Assembly (NCBI GenBank): GCA_965208325.1
Contig: OZ242326.1
Span: 832,001 to 896,000 of the forward strand
DNA: 64,000 nucleotides
Direction: 5' to 3'
Source of the DNA: Candidatus Poribacteria bacterium
GTDB taxonomy: Bacteria; Poribacteria; WGA-4E; PCPOR2b
Part shown: one piece after another, positions 9,815 to 19,938 of the stretch
Numbering within the stretch: position 1 is the stretch's first letter
How the letters are laid out: the number at the start of each line of letters is the position of its first letter
The notes under the pieces: model-generated
Seen by the model: the letters and a program-made list of their open reading frames with translations, nothing else
Databases searched by the model: none
Told to the model about the DNA's origin: nothing
Translations under genes and position numbers: made by a program

Positions 9815-10990
9815 CTAGAAAACGCGGTAGTTGAGTGCAATGGTAAAATTGGTAGTGATGCTTTCCTCTGGCGCCTTTTCGATCTGTTGCGTTGCCACCA
9901 AGTTTACGTGGTTCTCAATGTAATAAAGGAACGAAAGTCCGAATGAATGGCTAGCCACTGTGTCCGCTGCTTCGGGTTTTTCTAGGCGAATCAGATGTCG
10001 AAGGCGAAGGTCAACACGGTTGGACAGTTCGTACGAAATATCGCTCGACAGCGAAGACGAGAAGGCTTTCCCCAGCCCATCAAATGGTGTGTTGATGGAA
10101 ATGCGCTCGCTGACCTGCCACCGCCACGTTATAGGGCGGGCATAGCTCGCGCTCACATCAAGATTGACGGGTGGACGATTTTCGTCGGCAAACGGTCTCG
10201 AGATATCGAATTTGGAACCGAGTGTTAAGTCCCATCCGTAAAACCGATCGGCGACGTGCTCACGTTCAAGGACTTCCTCAATGCGAAGAATTCCAACTGC
10301 GCCGAGTGCATCTTCCTTGAGAAGCCCGGACGCACGCATGATCGCTTCCATGTCATCATACCACTCTTTTTCGTAGGTCTCTCCAAATCTGTCTTCATAT
10401 TCTCTTTCACGATTGATAATTTTGCTAATTTCAAGGATTGCTGTTTTCGGCAGATGGTCTCTGAGTTCTCCCTCTCTAATGAGAAATGCCTCAATTCGAA
10501 CGGCTTTTGCGAGAGCGGTTGCTTCAATTAATCGCCCATATCCTACACCAACAGTGACCGCAGAAGCGGGCTGACCGTACACCCTGCGCAAGTTCGAATT
10601 GACACGCACGGAACCAAATAAATCTTTGAGGGACTCATGATTCTGCATAAGATACTTCTTGACACGCGCATCTGCGTCCGCATGATAATCTGTTTTATAC
10701 ACCTGTTTTTCTATGTTTCTATCAACTAACCCTGAGCCAATAATGTCAATGGAATATCCGAACGGCAAGGAATCATAAAACCTATTGTAAACACTGCCAA
10801 TGCTCCCCGTGCTGGTAGTAATAGTCGAGCCCGTTGCGGCGTGGTTCACGGAGAAATCAATAAAGAGGCGATCTGCTGTGCTAACCGGCACTTGATAGTC
10901 GGAAATAGACACCCTCTGCGCGGAAACGCCGCTAACGGCAAGGGTAGAGATTGTGATAATCATAATGCGCCAACTCAATCCAACGACCAT
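9815..10990 (-). CDS. Hypothetical exported protein, probable outer-membrane beta-barrel (paralog of 7740..8885)
   Basis: ATG at 10990 follows AGGGAGAGGT RBS (ORF track extends to 11074); signal peptide ending VSA-Q; C-terminus LNYRVF. Confidence 0.6.
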   Translation of the reverse strand: MVVGLSWRIMIITISTLAVSGVSAQRVSISDYQVPVSTADRLFIDFSVNHAATGSTITTSTGSIGSVYNRFYDSLPFGYSIDIIGSGLVDRNIEKQVYKTDYHADADARVKKYLMQNHESLKDLFGSVRVNSNLRRVYGQPASAVTVGVGYGRLIEATALAKAVRIEAFLIREGELRDHLPKTAILEISKIINREREYEDRFGETYEKEWYDDMEAIMRASGLLKEDALGAVGILRIEEVLEREHVADRFYGWDLTLGSKFDISRPFADENRPPVNLDVSASYARPITWRWQVSERISINTPFDGLGKAFSSSLSSDISYELSNRVDLRLRHLIRLEKPEAADTVASHSFGLSFLYYIENHVNLVATQQIEKAPEESITTNFTIALNYRVF

Positions 10991-11197
10991 ACCTCTCCCT
11001 TGGAAATAACAACGGTTAGTTGCTAAGGCGGTTTTCAGTTCACTGCAAGTGTTACTACTACTGCGGTAGAACATCCACGATTAATGCGATTGCGCTTGAA
11101 AGTCCGATTCGCCGGATTGCCCGGCATGTATTGAAATGTGACTTCTTAAAATTGCAAGATGGGTTGGATTTTGTTATTCACCTTTCTTGTGCAAGCA

Positions 11198-12613
11198 TTA
11201 GGGAAAAATTCCTAATTCTAGATAAGAGCGGGCAATTTTGTTGATTGCACTGATGAAAGAAGCTATTCTGAGATCTACATCTTTTCCGTGTTGTTTATGG
11301 ATTTCCCTGATTTCGTGGTAGGCATCAATCATAGTGTCCTCAAGGCCAGAGTTAACGAGGTCGAGTTCGCCCGCACCGCGCGACAATCGGCTGACTTCTT
11401 TTTCTGGAAACGCCTTTCCTGTTATTTTTTCGATTGCGTTCAGCATGTTTTGGTTCGAACTCTCTTCAAAACGTTTCTCCAACCGTCCAAACCGCACATG
11501 CGATAGATTCTTAAGCCATTCGAAATAGGAAACCGTTACCCCACCGGCATTCAGAAACGAATCGGGGATAATCATTGCGCCTTTCTCTTTGAGTATGTCG
11601 TGTGCGGCAGGGGTAGTCGGGCCGTTTGCCGCTTCACCGATAATCTTAGCCTGAATGCGCGGTGCGTTCTCATGAGTAATCTGGTTTTCCAATGCGGCGG
11701 GAATAAGGATGTCACATGGCAACTCAAGCGCTCTTGAGGACGGCTCGATATTGGTGGCGCCGGGATAATCAAGGATTGATCCGTTTTCACGTCTATGTTC
11801 CATAACGCTTTCGAGATCCAATCCCTTTGGATTGTAGGTTGCCCCCTCGTACTCCGCCAACCCGCAAATGACCGCACCGCTTTCTTGCATGAACTTCGCC
11901 ACGTGGTATCCTACATTTCCAAGCCCCTGTACGACGACCGATTTTCCTTCTAGTCCCGACGATAGACCGAGCGGTTTCATATCTTTCGCTAGGCCGCAAG
12001 CCTCCCGGATGCCGAAGTAAACGCCCCGGCCGGTCGCTTCTTTCCTTCCACGGATTCCGCCTTGTGATATAGGTTTACCAGTGACACATGCCATTACCTC
12101 TAACTTCTCTGAAGCTAACGCGTTGTACGTCCCGAACATCCACGCCATTTCTCGGGCACCTGTTCCGTAGTCCGGTGCCGGCACGTCTACGCCTGGACCG
12201 ATGAAATTCTTCATCACCATTTCATAGGTAAATCGCCGTGTGATTCGTTCTAGCTCTTCGGTAGAATATTTCCATTTTGCAATTTTGATCCCGCCTTTGG
12301 CACCCCCGAACGGTACATCAACGATGGCGCATTTGTATGTCATTAGTGCCGCGAGCGCCATTACCTCATCTTCATTGACCAACATACTGTAGCGAATGCC
12401 ACCCTTGGTCGGCAGTTTGTGGTGGCTGTGTTCCGCCCTCCATGCGTGAATCGTCTCGATAGTACCGTCGTCTTTTTCGAGAGGAAATGTTATGTGGTAA
12501 ACGCTGTTACAAATTTTAATCTGCTCTAACAGGCCGGGGTGATGGGGAGTTAGCCTAGCGGCTCTGTCGAAGTTCAGATTGACCTGTTCAAAAAAAGGCG
12601 TAGTCTCTGTCAT
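11198..12613 (-). CDS. gdhA: Glutamate dehydrogenase (Glu/Leu/Phe/Val dehydrogenase family)
   Basis: [32 protein letters not shown] and [12 protein letters not shown] motifs. Confidence 0.9.
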   Translation of the reverse strand: MTETTPFFEQVNLNFDRAARLTPHHPGLLEQIKICNSVYHITFPLEKDDGTIETIHAWRAEHSHHKLPTKGGIRYSMLVNEDEVMALAALMTYKCAIVDVPFGGAKGGIKIAKWKYSTEELERITRRFTYEMVMKNFIGPGVDVPAPDYGTGAREMAWMFGTYNALASEKLEVMACVTGKPISQGGIRGRKEATGRGVYFGIREACGLAKDMKPLGLSSGLEGKSVVVQGLGNVGYHVAKFMQESGAVICGLAEYEGATYNPKGLDLESVMEHRRENGSILDYPGATNIEPSSRALELPCDILIPAALENQITHENAPRIQAKIIGEAANGPTTPAAHDILKEKGAMIIPDSFLNAGGVTVSYFEWLKNLSHVRFGRLEKRFEESSNQNMLNAIEKITGKAFPEKEVSRLSRGAGELDLVNSGLEDTMIDAYHEIREIHKQHGKDVDLRIASFISAINKIARSYLELGIFP

Positions 12614-13147
12614 AGCGCATGCTCCTGTAAAAATAAATGGCCCGTGTAATTGCGGGGCGTATGATGCTCCTTGCTTGTTACAAATCCGCCGTATTGCTCA
12701 ACGATATCCTAAATGGGTTGGATTTTATCATAACACAAACAGAAAACAAAAACAACGGTTCGATAGTCCCTTAATAAAAGAATACAAGGTTGCTTCCTAG
12801 AATCCACGAGGCGAGCAGTAATACCCTCATTCGCTGGCCAGCGATGAACAGGGTGGAAGGCGGATTCCGGCGCCAATATGGTCAGGTTGGATCGGCGAAA
12901 ATCAATGGTAATTCACATCGTGCGGAATTAGATGAATGAACCGTTGCCGGAAATACAACTTCTATACGGGAATGTGGCTAGGAGGAAGGCATAAACACAG
13001 GGGATGATTGGTGATTTAGGGCATGGATGATAATTGAGGTAGGCATGTCCCCTGGCAAACTCTCGCGGTTGGAAAAGTAGAATTAGAGGGCTAAATAGAG
13101 AGAGGTAGTTTTTTTGAATACGCACTTGTATTCTGATAAAGAGATAA

Positions 13148-13303
13148 TAACGCCGGCGCGCGGCGTTAATGCCCGCGGTTCATGATGACGGGGTTATCGG
13201 AACCGTGATTTCTTACTACACCCGAGTCTAGACGATTCGGTAATCACAACAATACGGATACCGAATCGTCAAGGTTCGCGTTGGTTATTACGCACGGGTG
13301 GTA
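13148..13303 (+). ncRNA. Candidate structured non-coding RNA (family not recognised)
   Basis: Three adjacent stem-loop domains including a perfect 12-bp stem (13231-13242/13259-13270); several G-U pairs form only on the + strand. Confidence 0.4.
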
Positions 13304-13391
13304 CATTTGAATTCCATAGAGAATTGCATACACCTCAATAGTTTCTAAACTATCCCTAATCCCCAAGTGCGATTTTTACGCGGTGTTTCAC

Positions 13392-15005
13392 TCAATCTAA
13401 ACGCCTCATTTCTCCGGATTTGTAGCGGCCCCAATAGTCCTGCACTTTCACCAAAACTCTTGGCGCGAGAATTATACTGCCTACTATATTTGGGAAAGCC
13501 ATGCTGAGGATTAGCAAATCAGAAAAATCAAGTACATCAGTCAATGTGTTGACCGCTCCGAGAATAATAAAACCGACAAAAATGATCCTGAAAACGATAA
13601 CCGATTTCAAACCAACCCCGCCGAAGTGATCCAACAGATAAACCCAACCGCGTTCGCCATAGTAACACCAAGCAATCATCGTGGAGTACGCGAAAAGCCC
13701 AATGCTTATGGTGAGGATATAAGGAAACCATCCAATTGCACTACCGAATGCTGCTGTCGTTAGCGCAACACCAGCATTTTGCGGGATGCTCGGATTAATC
13801 CACGCCCCTGTGATTATCACTACCAATGCGGTCATTGTGCATACTATGATAGTATCAATGAAAGGACCAATCATGCCGATGATTCCCTCCCGGACAGGTT
13901 CATCGGTCTTCGCCGCGGCATGGGCGATAGCTGCGCTGCCAAGCCCAGCTTCGTTGGAAAACGAAGCGCGTCTAATGCCCCATACAAACACGCCAACTAT
14001 ACCGCCGTAAAACGCATTGTCCGCGAACGCCATAGTAAAAATCAAACCGATAGTCTCAGGCACCTTGGTAATGTTCGTAAGAATGATGAAGAGCGAAGCG
14101 ACTACGTAAATGCCGCACATCGCCGGAACGATTTTGGATGTTGCCGCGCCAATCCGCTTAATCCCACCAATAATGACAATCCCGACCAGTACCGCCATGA
14201 TGATACCAATGAGCCAGTTGAAGCTCTCCGAAATCCCGAACGTACTCCGAAACGCTTCGGCAGTTTGGTTGGCTTGGAACATGTTGCCGCCGCCGATGGC
14301 GCCGCACATGATCATCAGCGCGTACATTACGCCAAGGACTTTCCCTATCGGCTTCCAGGACCCACCCATCTGTTTCAATCCCAGGTCAACATAATACATC
14401 GCACCACCCGAAATTGAACCATCGGCGTTTACCCGGCGGTGCATCTGCGATAGAACGCAGGTGCAGAATTTTTCGGACATCCCAAATACCGCGGCGAACA
14501 TCATCCAGAACACCGCACCTGGGCCGCCCAATTGAATCGCGATTGCGACGCCTGCGATGTTGCCGAGCCCAACTGTCGCAGAAAGCGCGCTTGTCAAGGC
14601 GCGGAAATGGGAAATCTCGCCGGTGTCTTCCGGCTTGTCATACTTCCCGCGAATGACATCAATCGAGTGTTTTAGCCCTCGAATGTTGATCCAGCGATAC
14701 CAAAACGTGAAAAAGATACCTCCTAAAATGAGAAGCATCACGAGAAATGGAACTGGAATAACGCGCTTCACCGGATTGCCCATCTCGTCGTAAATCGGCA
14801 TACCCTCCCGATCCACTTGGTTTTGCTGGACTGCGCCAAAGGCGATATCAAAGAACAGGACGGCTGAAACGGCTTTATTTACCGTAGCGAGGATTGTCGG
14901 TGTTTCCTCCGCTTCCGCCCACGCGGACGTAACAAGTGGAATTGTCAGCAATACCAGAATTACAGCTAACATCTTACTGTAAAGCAATAAGGTTTCTCCT
15001 TTCAT
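13392..15005 (-). CDS. Alanine/glycine:cation symporter (AGCS family)
   Basis: ALSATVGLGNIAGVA, GGPGAVFWM, FSNEAGLGSA and DTIIVCTMT motifs. Confidence 0.93.
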   Translation of the reverse strand: MKGETLLLYSKMLAVILVLLTIPLVTSAWAEAEETPTILATVNKAVSAVLFFDIAFGAVQQNQVDREGMPIYDEMGNPVKRVIPVPFLVMLLILGGIFFTFWYRWINIRGLKHSIDVIRGKYDKPEDTGEISHFRALTSALSATVGLGNIAGVAIAIQLGGPGAVFWMMFAAVFGMSEKFCTCVLSQMHRRVNADGSISGGAMYYVDLGLKQMGGSWKPIGKVLGVMYALMIMCGAIGGGNMFQANQTAEAFRSTFGISESFNWLIGIIMAVLVGIVIIGGIKRIGAATSKIVPAMCGIYVVASLFIILTNITKVPETIGLIFTMAFADNAFYGGIVGVFVWGIRRASFSNEAGLGSAAIAHAAAKTDEPVREGIIGMIGPFIDTIIVCTMTALVVIITGAWINPSIPQNAGVALTTAAFGSAIGWFPYILTISIGLFAYSTMIAWCYYGERGWVYLLDHFGGVGLKSVIVFRIIFVGFIILGAVNTLTDVLDFSDLLILSMAFPNIVGSIILAPRVLVKVQDYWGRYKSGEMRRLD

Positions 15006-15023
15006 TTTTGTTTATGCAGAACA

Positions 15024-15827
15024 TTACTCTTCTACAGCAACGACCTGGCGAAAATCAAACTCAAAATCAACTTTTGACCGACTCCCTTCCCCATTCATTA
15101 TTATGACATTGGGAATGATAACGCTCACATCCGTTGCCTCAAGTTCGAGCCGATCAAACACCAATAGCCCACTGCGTTTGGCGCCCCGAAAAAGTTTCCC
15201 GCCTTTGAAGATTGTGTCTCGAGCAACACTACGGGCGTCGTTTAAATCATATGGGTCTGGATAGGTGTGGTATACTCGGTAAGGTGGATGATAACGGTAG
15301 CGATGAAGATGCCCGTAGAAATAGTGGCGGTAAGGGCTGCGGTAAAGCGATTGAGGGTAAGGATAGGAATACCGATATCCAATATCGTGATAAACTACCG
15401 TCCGAGGGCTTGGCGTATCGTAGACATCACTAAAGAAGCTGTACGGCAACGAAGCGTACTGATCCCCATGCGCATCAATCAAAAATCCGGTTTCGTCAAT
15501 AACTACCCGCCTATTATCGACGTTACGTACGCGGACGCCAAAGACTGTATATAAAGGTACTAAGTTTCGCCCATCCTCAACTACGTAAGGGTTGATGCTA
15601 GGGTGTTCTATTAGCTCGGCTAGCTTGGCTGAATCGAGTGGTTCAAGCGTTATACGGACACCCTTCTGTTCGACCGTTATTGAACCCGCCTGGGGATTGA
15701 TTTGAGCGTTCTCGCCCTCAACGACAGGCTCCATGTAGACATCGATATGCTGTTTGAGACCACAGCCCGACAGATAGCTCGTGGCCGCCACCAAGAAAAG
15801 TAAACCCCAAAACTTTCGGTACGTCAT
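15024..15827 (-). CDS. Hypothetical lipoprotein with a Tyr/Pro/His/Arg-rich insert
   Basis: ATG at 15827 with AAGGAG RBS; lipobox LSGC. Confidence 0.7.
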   Translation of the reverse strand: MTYRKFWGLLFLVAATSYLSGCGLKQHIDVYMEPVVEGENAQINPQAGSITVEQKGVRITLEPLDSAKLAELIEHPSINPYVVEDGRNLVPLYTVFGVRVRNVDNRRVVIDETGFLIDAHGDQYASLPYSFFSDVYDTPSPRTVVYHDIGYRYSYPYPQSLYRSPYRHYFYGHLHRYRYHPPYRVYHTYPDPYDLNDARSVARDTIFKGGKLFRGAKRSGLLVFDRLELEATDVSVIIPNVIIMNGEGSRSKVDFEFDFRQVVAVEE

Positions 15828-16127
15828 TTTTCGCTCCTTCGTTAAGAAATTGAGTGATTTGCTGCTTCTACCGACACTGAGCAATTTAGATGCCATCAGT
15901 CACTCAATCAATGACTAGGGCTAAACGGGGGGTTATAATATGGCACATTAAACTTACTGTGGCAAGCACGATACAATACTGTAGCAAAAAAGAAACTAGA
16001 AATTTAGTTTGGATTACGATTCAATTAACGCCGAATGTATAACGATTTAGGCGTATGTCCTTTTCACGAATTCACTTAGTTTAACATAGCACAGGAAAAA
16101 TTGCAATTGCTTTTCATTTTCTTTCAT

Positions 16128-16700
16128 TCACGCGTACTGCCGCCATAAAATTCGCCCTACTATCAGTCCAACAACGGCAATAATTGCGGTGAATGTGCGT
16201 TTTTCACTCTTTAACGCGCGGGAGATGGAAAAATCGTGCTTGGAAGGATTGGCATAACGGCGAATTTTAGGAAGGAATCGAGGCACTGCCGCAAAATAGG
16301 ATTCATATACTGAACCACAGAACTTGCGCAGGTAAGCCTCTTCAGAAGCGATAATCGGGAGATACTGAGCAGCGTAGCCCATGAAGAGCAAGATTATCAT
16401 CCAGTAGACATTAGCGATTAAACAGATACCGAAACTTATGAGCAGATTTCCCAAGTAAAGTGGATTTCGGACATAAGCGTAAGGGCCTGTTGTAATGAGG
16501 TTGCGTGCTACGCCTAAATCTTGTGCGCGGGTGGTGCCGCCCGCATAACCGGCGGTCCACAAACGAAGACACTCACCAATACACAAAAAGGAGATTCCAA
16601 TCAGTACAGAAATCGGCGTAGGTCGGGAAAAATAGGCTAGGAGCAGAATAAAAGGAATGGGAGTCAGACTCCGTAAGCGAAAGAGAAATCTGCCAATCAT
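16128..16700 (-). CDS. Isoprenylcysteine carboxyl methyltransferase (ICMT/PEMT) family membrane protein
   Basis: LITTGPYAYVRNPLYLG, EEAYL and YFAAVPRFLP motifs. Confidence 0.88.
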   Translation of the reverse strand: MIGRFLFRLRSLTPIPFILLLAYFSRPTPISVLIGISFLCIGECLRLWTAGYAGGTTRAQDLGVARNLITTGPYAYVRNPLYLGNLLISFGICLIANVYWMIILLFMGYAAQYLPIIASEEAYLRKFCGSVYESYFAAVPRFLPKIRRYANPSKHDFSISRALKSEKRTFTAIIAVVGLIVGRILWRQYA

Positions 16701-16719
16701 ATTGGGTTGCCCATTACGC

Positions 16720-17781
16720 TCACTTGGGAGTTTTCCAAATCAGCACTGCTCCAATGATTGCATAAATTGCGTTTGCGCCCCAACACGCTACGATTGGTGA
16801 AAGTTTGCCGTTTTCGCCAAGTCCCTCAAGTGTTGCAAACGAAACACCCCAATACAAAAAACTGAGAAAAAAGGCTATCACTAAACCGGCGAAAAATCCG
16901 GCTTTGCCAAATCGGATAGAAATTGGCGCACCGATTAAAACAACGACGAACGCTGCCAACGGATAGGCCAATTTGTGCTGTATCTTCACCTGCTCACGCC
17001 GAATAGTTTGGCCCGCGCGCCTTTTATACCGAACCTGCTCCTGCAACTCCGCAAACGTCATCGCGCGAATATCTTTGTCGTTCCCAGCGAACCGCTCCGG
17101 GTTTTCAGAGCGATTAATCTGCTTGGTATCGAACGGCTCAAAAGAAATTTCAACGTCTTTCTCAATGCGGCGTATAAAACCGTCAACGAGATGCCATTGG
17201 GTATGTGACCATGTTACCGAATGGGCAAAAATCTCCTGCTCAAGATTTCCAATCGAATCAAACTCATAAATTGTCATTTTATTGATGTTTTGGTGTTGAA
17301 GATCCAAGTTTTGGATGTAGAACAGCCGATTGTGTTGCCCTTTAAACACCACATTTCGACTACGGCGCAACGGAATTTTCTTTTTCAATTGATTCGCCCG
17401 GTGGTAAGCAGGTGCGGCAACCTGATCGTAGAACAGTGAAAAAAGGATGCAAATGAGGAGAGTAGAAGCGAGAATTGGGGCGATTATACGATACACACTG
17501 ATGTTCGCCATCTTCATTGCTGTGAGTTCGTTGTTTCTAGCCATGCGCCCTAAAACGAAGAATGTCGCGAGAAAACTGGCGAGCGGGACAACCTCCATGA
17601 TTCTGCGCGGAGCCTGAAATAAAACAATCTGGATTGCCGTGGTGTAAGGTACATCTTCATCAAATCGTTTGATGTCTTTATCAAGCAAGCGAACAACAAC
17701 CACGAGCGTAATGAAAAATGCAAGCGCCAACACAAAAGTTCTTATATATTCAGCAAAAATGTACCGATCTAGGATTCTCAA
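16720..17781 (-). CDS. lptG: LPS export ABC permease, LptG type
   Basis: MRILDRYI start, NELTAM motif, periplasmic beta domain, tandem with LptF. Confidence 0.8.
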   Translation of the reverse strand: MRILDRYIFAEYIRTFVLALAFFITLVVVVRLLDKDIKRFDEDVPYTTAIQIVLFQAPRRIMEVVPLASFLATFFVLGRMARNNELTAMKMANISVYRIIAPILASTLLICILFSLFYDQVAAPAYHRANQLKKKIPLRRSRNVVFKGQHNRLFYIQNLDLQHQNINKMTIYEFDSIGNLEQEIFAHSVTWSHTQWHLVDGFIRRIEKDVEISFEPFDTKQINRSENPERFAGNDKDIRAMTFAELQEQVRYKRRAGQTIRREQVKIQHKLAYPLAAFVVVLIGAPISIRFGKAGFFAGLVIAFFLSFLYWGVSFATLEGLGENGKLSPIVACWGANAIYAIIGAVLIWKTPK

Positions 17782-18998
17782 TCCGATTCCCCGAGATGTT
17801 GTACTTCCGGACTTTTCAAATCTACTGGCGGGCTTTCACCCCGCGTTCGCCACGCTGTGAATCTATCTTCAAAAATCGTCATCACAATGATCCCCATGCC
17901 AATTGCTCCGATAGTGATATTCGGCAACCAAATAGAAAAAGCGGGCGACAGCGTTCCATTTTCTCCTGCCTCCTGCCCGAACTGTAATATCAGATAGTAA
18001 ACAAGAATTAGAGTCAGTCCAATACCCGCCCCGACCATTTTGCCGCTGCGTTTCACTATCAACCCTAGCGGCACACCGATTAATCCGAATACAAAACATG
18101 CAAACGGGATTGAAAACCTCTTCTGATACTCTACCCGCGCCTTCCTCAACTTATCGATTATTAAGTCTGAACTGTTCACCTGCGAAACACGGCTTTCAAG
18201 TTTTTTCACGTGGGCTTTGAGTTTTTCCATCGACATGGTCCGAGGACTTTCAAATTCGAGTTTTGTCCGTTCCACAGTCTCGCTCAAATCGAGTGCGATT
18301 CGATGTTCAGCAAACGATGTCAACCGGAAACCGTTAGGGGCGGTGGGAACCGGTTCATACGTTAAGCCGTCGTAGAGTTTTAACCAAGCCTGGCCGTTTT
18401 CAATCTCAATGTCCCCTCCAGTTGCATGGATAAAACGAGGCTGCCCCGACCAAATTGAATCCCACACCTTAACGTCTTGCAACCTATCCGTGATTGGGGC
18501 AGTCGATTCGTACATCCAGAGTTTTCCCTCCCGTTCCAATTCCTTCATAATCACACCCTCCTCTAACACAAAAGCTGGATTCTGCCTGTTTATATCCCGC
18601 TTTAACGAAGCATAAGCTACATTGCCGCGGGGCAAAGCGTAGTCCATGAAGAAAAAATCAAAGACGCCAATTAAGCTTGCAACGACCAAAAGCGGCAAAA
18701 GGATTTGATGAAATCCAATTCCGTGCGATTTCATAGCGGCAATTTCATTATCTGTCGAGAGTCTTCCCAAGGCAAGCAGGATTCCAACGAGGGTTGCCAT
18801 TGGGATAGTCAAGACTAGTATCACCGGCAAGACATAAATCAGCAGTTCAATCAGATAGCCGAGGTTGATTCCCTTTTCCACAAAGCGTTTTGTGAGTCGG
18901 AAAATTTCGTCAAGTAACAGGATGGAAGTAAAACAGAGTAGCGCAAGGAAGAAGGGCGGGAAGAACTCTTTGAGCGCATATCTAGTTAAAATTTTCAA
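17778..18998 (-). CDS. lptF: LPS export ABC permease, LptF type
   Basis: LGRLSTDNEIAAMKSHG and RFSIPFAC motifs; 4-bp overlap with lptG. Confidence 0.8.
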   Translation of the reverse strand: MKILTRYALKEFFPPFFLALLCFTSILLLDEIFRLTKRFVEKGINLGYLIELLIYVLPVILVLTIPMATLVGILLALGRLSTDNEIAAMKSHGIGFHQILLPLLVVASLIGVFDFFFMDYALPRGNVAYASLKRDINRQNPAFVLEEGVIMKELEREGKLWMYESTAPITDRLQDVKVWDSIWSGQPRFIHATGGDIEIENGQAWLKLYDGLTYEPVPTAPNGFRLTSFAEHRIALDLSETVERTKLEFESPRTMSMEKLKAHVKKLESRVSQVNSSDLIIDKLRKARVEYQKRFSIPFACFVFGLIGVPLGLIVKRSGKMVGAGIGLTLILVYYLILQFGQEAGENGTLSPAFSIWLPNITIGAIGMGIIVMTIFEDRFTAWRTRGESPPVDLKSPEVQHLGESD

Positions 18999-19418
18999 GC
19001 CTATAAAACTCCGATTGCCTGTACAATGTACATCGAATTGTTGGTTTATTTTACACCACGCAAATCAAAATATGCAAGATATTAGTTGCTTCGCAAGAGT
19101 TGAATCTTCAGTTACACAATACCTTTGACCGTCAACGAGAAGTTCGTCAATACTTGGGTGTTCCTACGAGAGTTGCCGGAACTAATAGGCGGCGCGAGAG
19201 GGGAACGTGCTAGCCGCGTCGCGGCAAAACTACAACATCATTACTCCGATTCGGTAGATATATTGATGCTTTCCTCAGAAGCAGAGGTGTTGGCACATCA
19301 GCCGGAGATGGCGCTTCCTTACAGGGGCAGGACACAAGCTTACTTGAGGTTGCTCAATAGAACTTTAGAAGCCTTTGAAGGAAGATATTTCTGAAAATTA
19401 GATGCAAAACCCATCAGT

Positions 19419-19787
19419 TTGGGGAGGAAGTTTAAGGAGGTACTGCATGTTTTTCGCTCATCGGGCACGCCAGATTACACGATTGTCGACATTGGCACAA
19501 TCTCTTTTGAACAAGACGGGATACTCTACATTGAGATACAGGTCGGTGGGGGCGAGGCAGCAGGGACGTTTGAATTGGTCGATGGTGACACGGAACTTGT
19601 TACAGATGAATCTCCTGATGAAGCACTGACGGGAGCGTGGAATATCCCGCCCGGAGGAACTGGACACATTATGTACGGCTTCAAACGGGGGCGGCGTTTT
19701 AAGTTGACTGCTGCCGGGGGTAGATCAACCAAGTCGGGGTGCATCAACGCATTTATCGCGCATATTTATGTGGTCGACGAGGTGTGA
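19419..19787 (+). CDS. Small hypothetical protein (acidic, beta-rich)
   Basis: 122-aa ORF with protein-like composition filling the lptF-aroA gap; start uncertain. Confidence 0.45.
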   Translation: MGRKFKEVLHVFRSSGTPDYTIVDIGTISFEQDGILYIEIQVGGGEAAGTFELVDGDTELVTDESPDEALTGAWNIPPGGTGHIMYGFKRGRRFKLTAAGGRSTKSGCINAFIAHIYVVDEV

Positions 19788-19938
19788 AAGTATTGGCAGT
19801 TGCCGCAGTAATCCGATTGACGCCTTGGTTCTGTCGGATTACAGCCCAGAAAGATTGTACACGTTGCTGCAAATTGCGCGCGTAATCCAGGCGAACGTAA
19901 ATAGACATTTAGGACGTCGCTCTTGTGGTACAGCGAAT

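Noticed and set aside
13178..13210. Hammerhead ribozyme suggested by TGATGA
   Set aside because: Core is ATGATGA rather than CTGANGA, and no correctly placed GAAA strand is present
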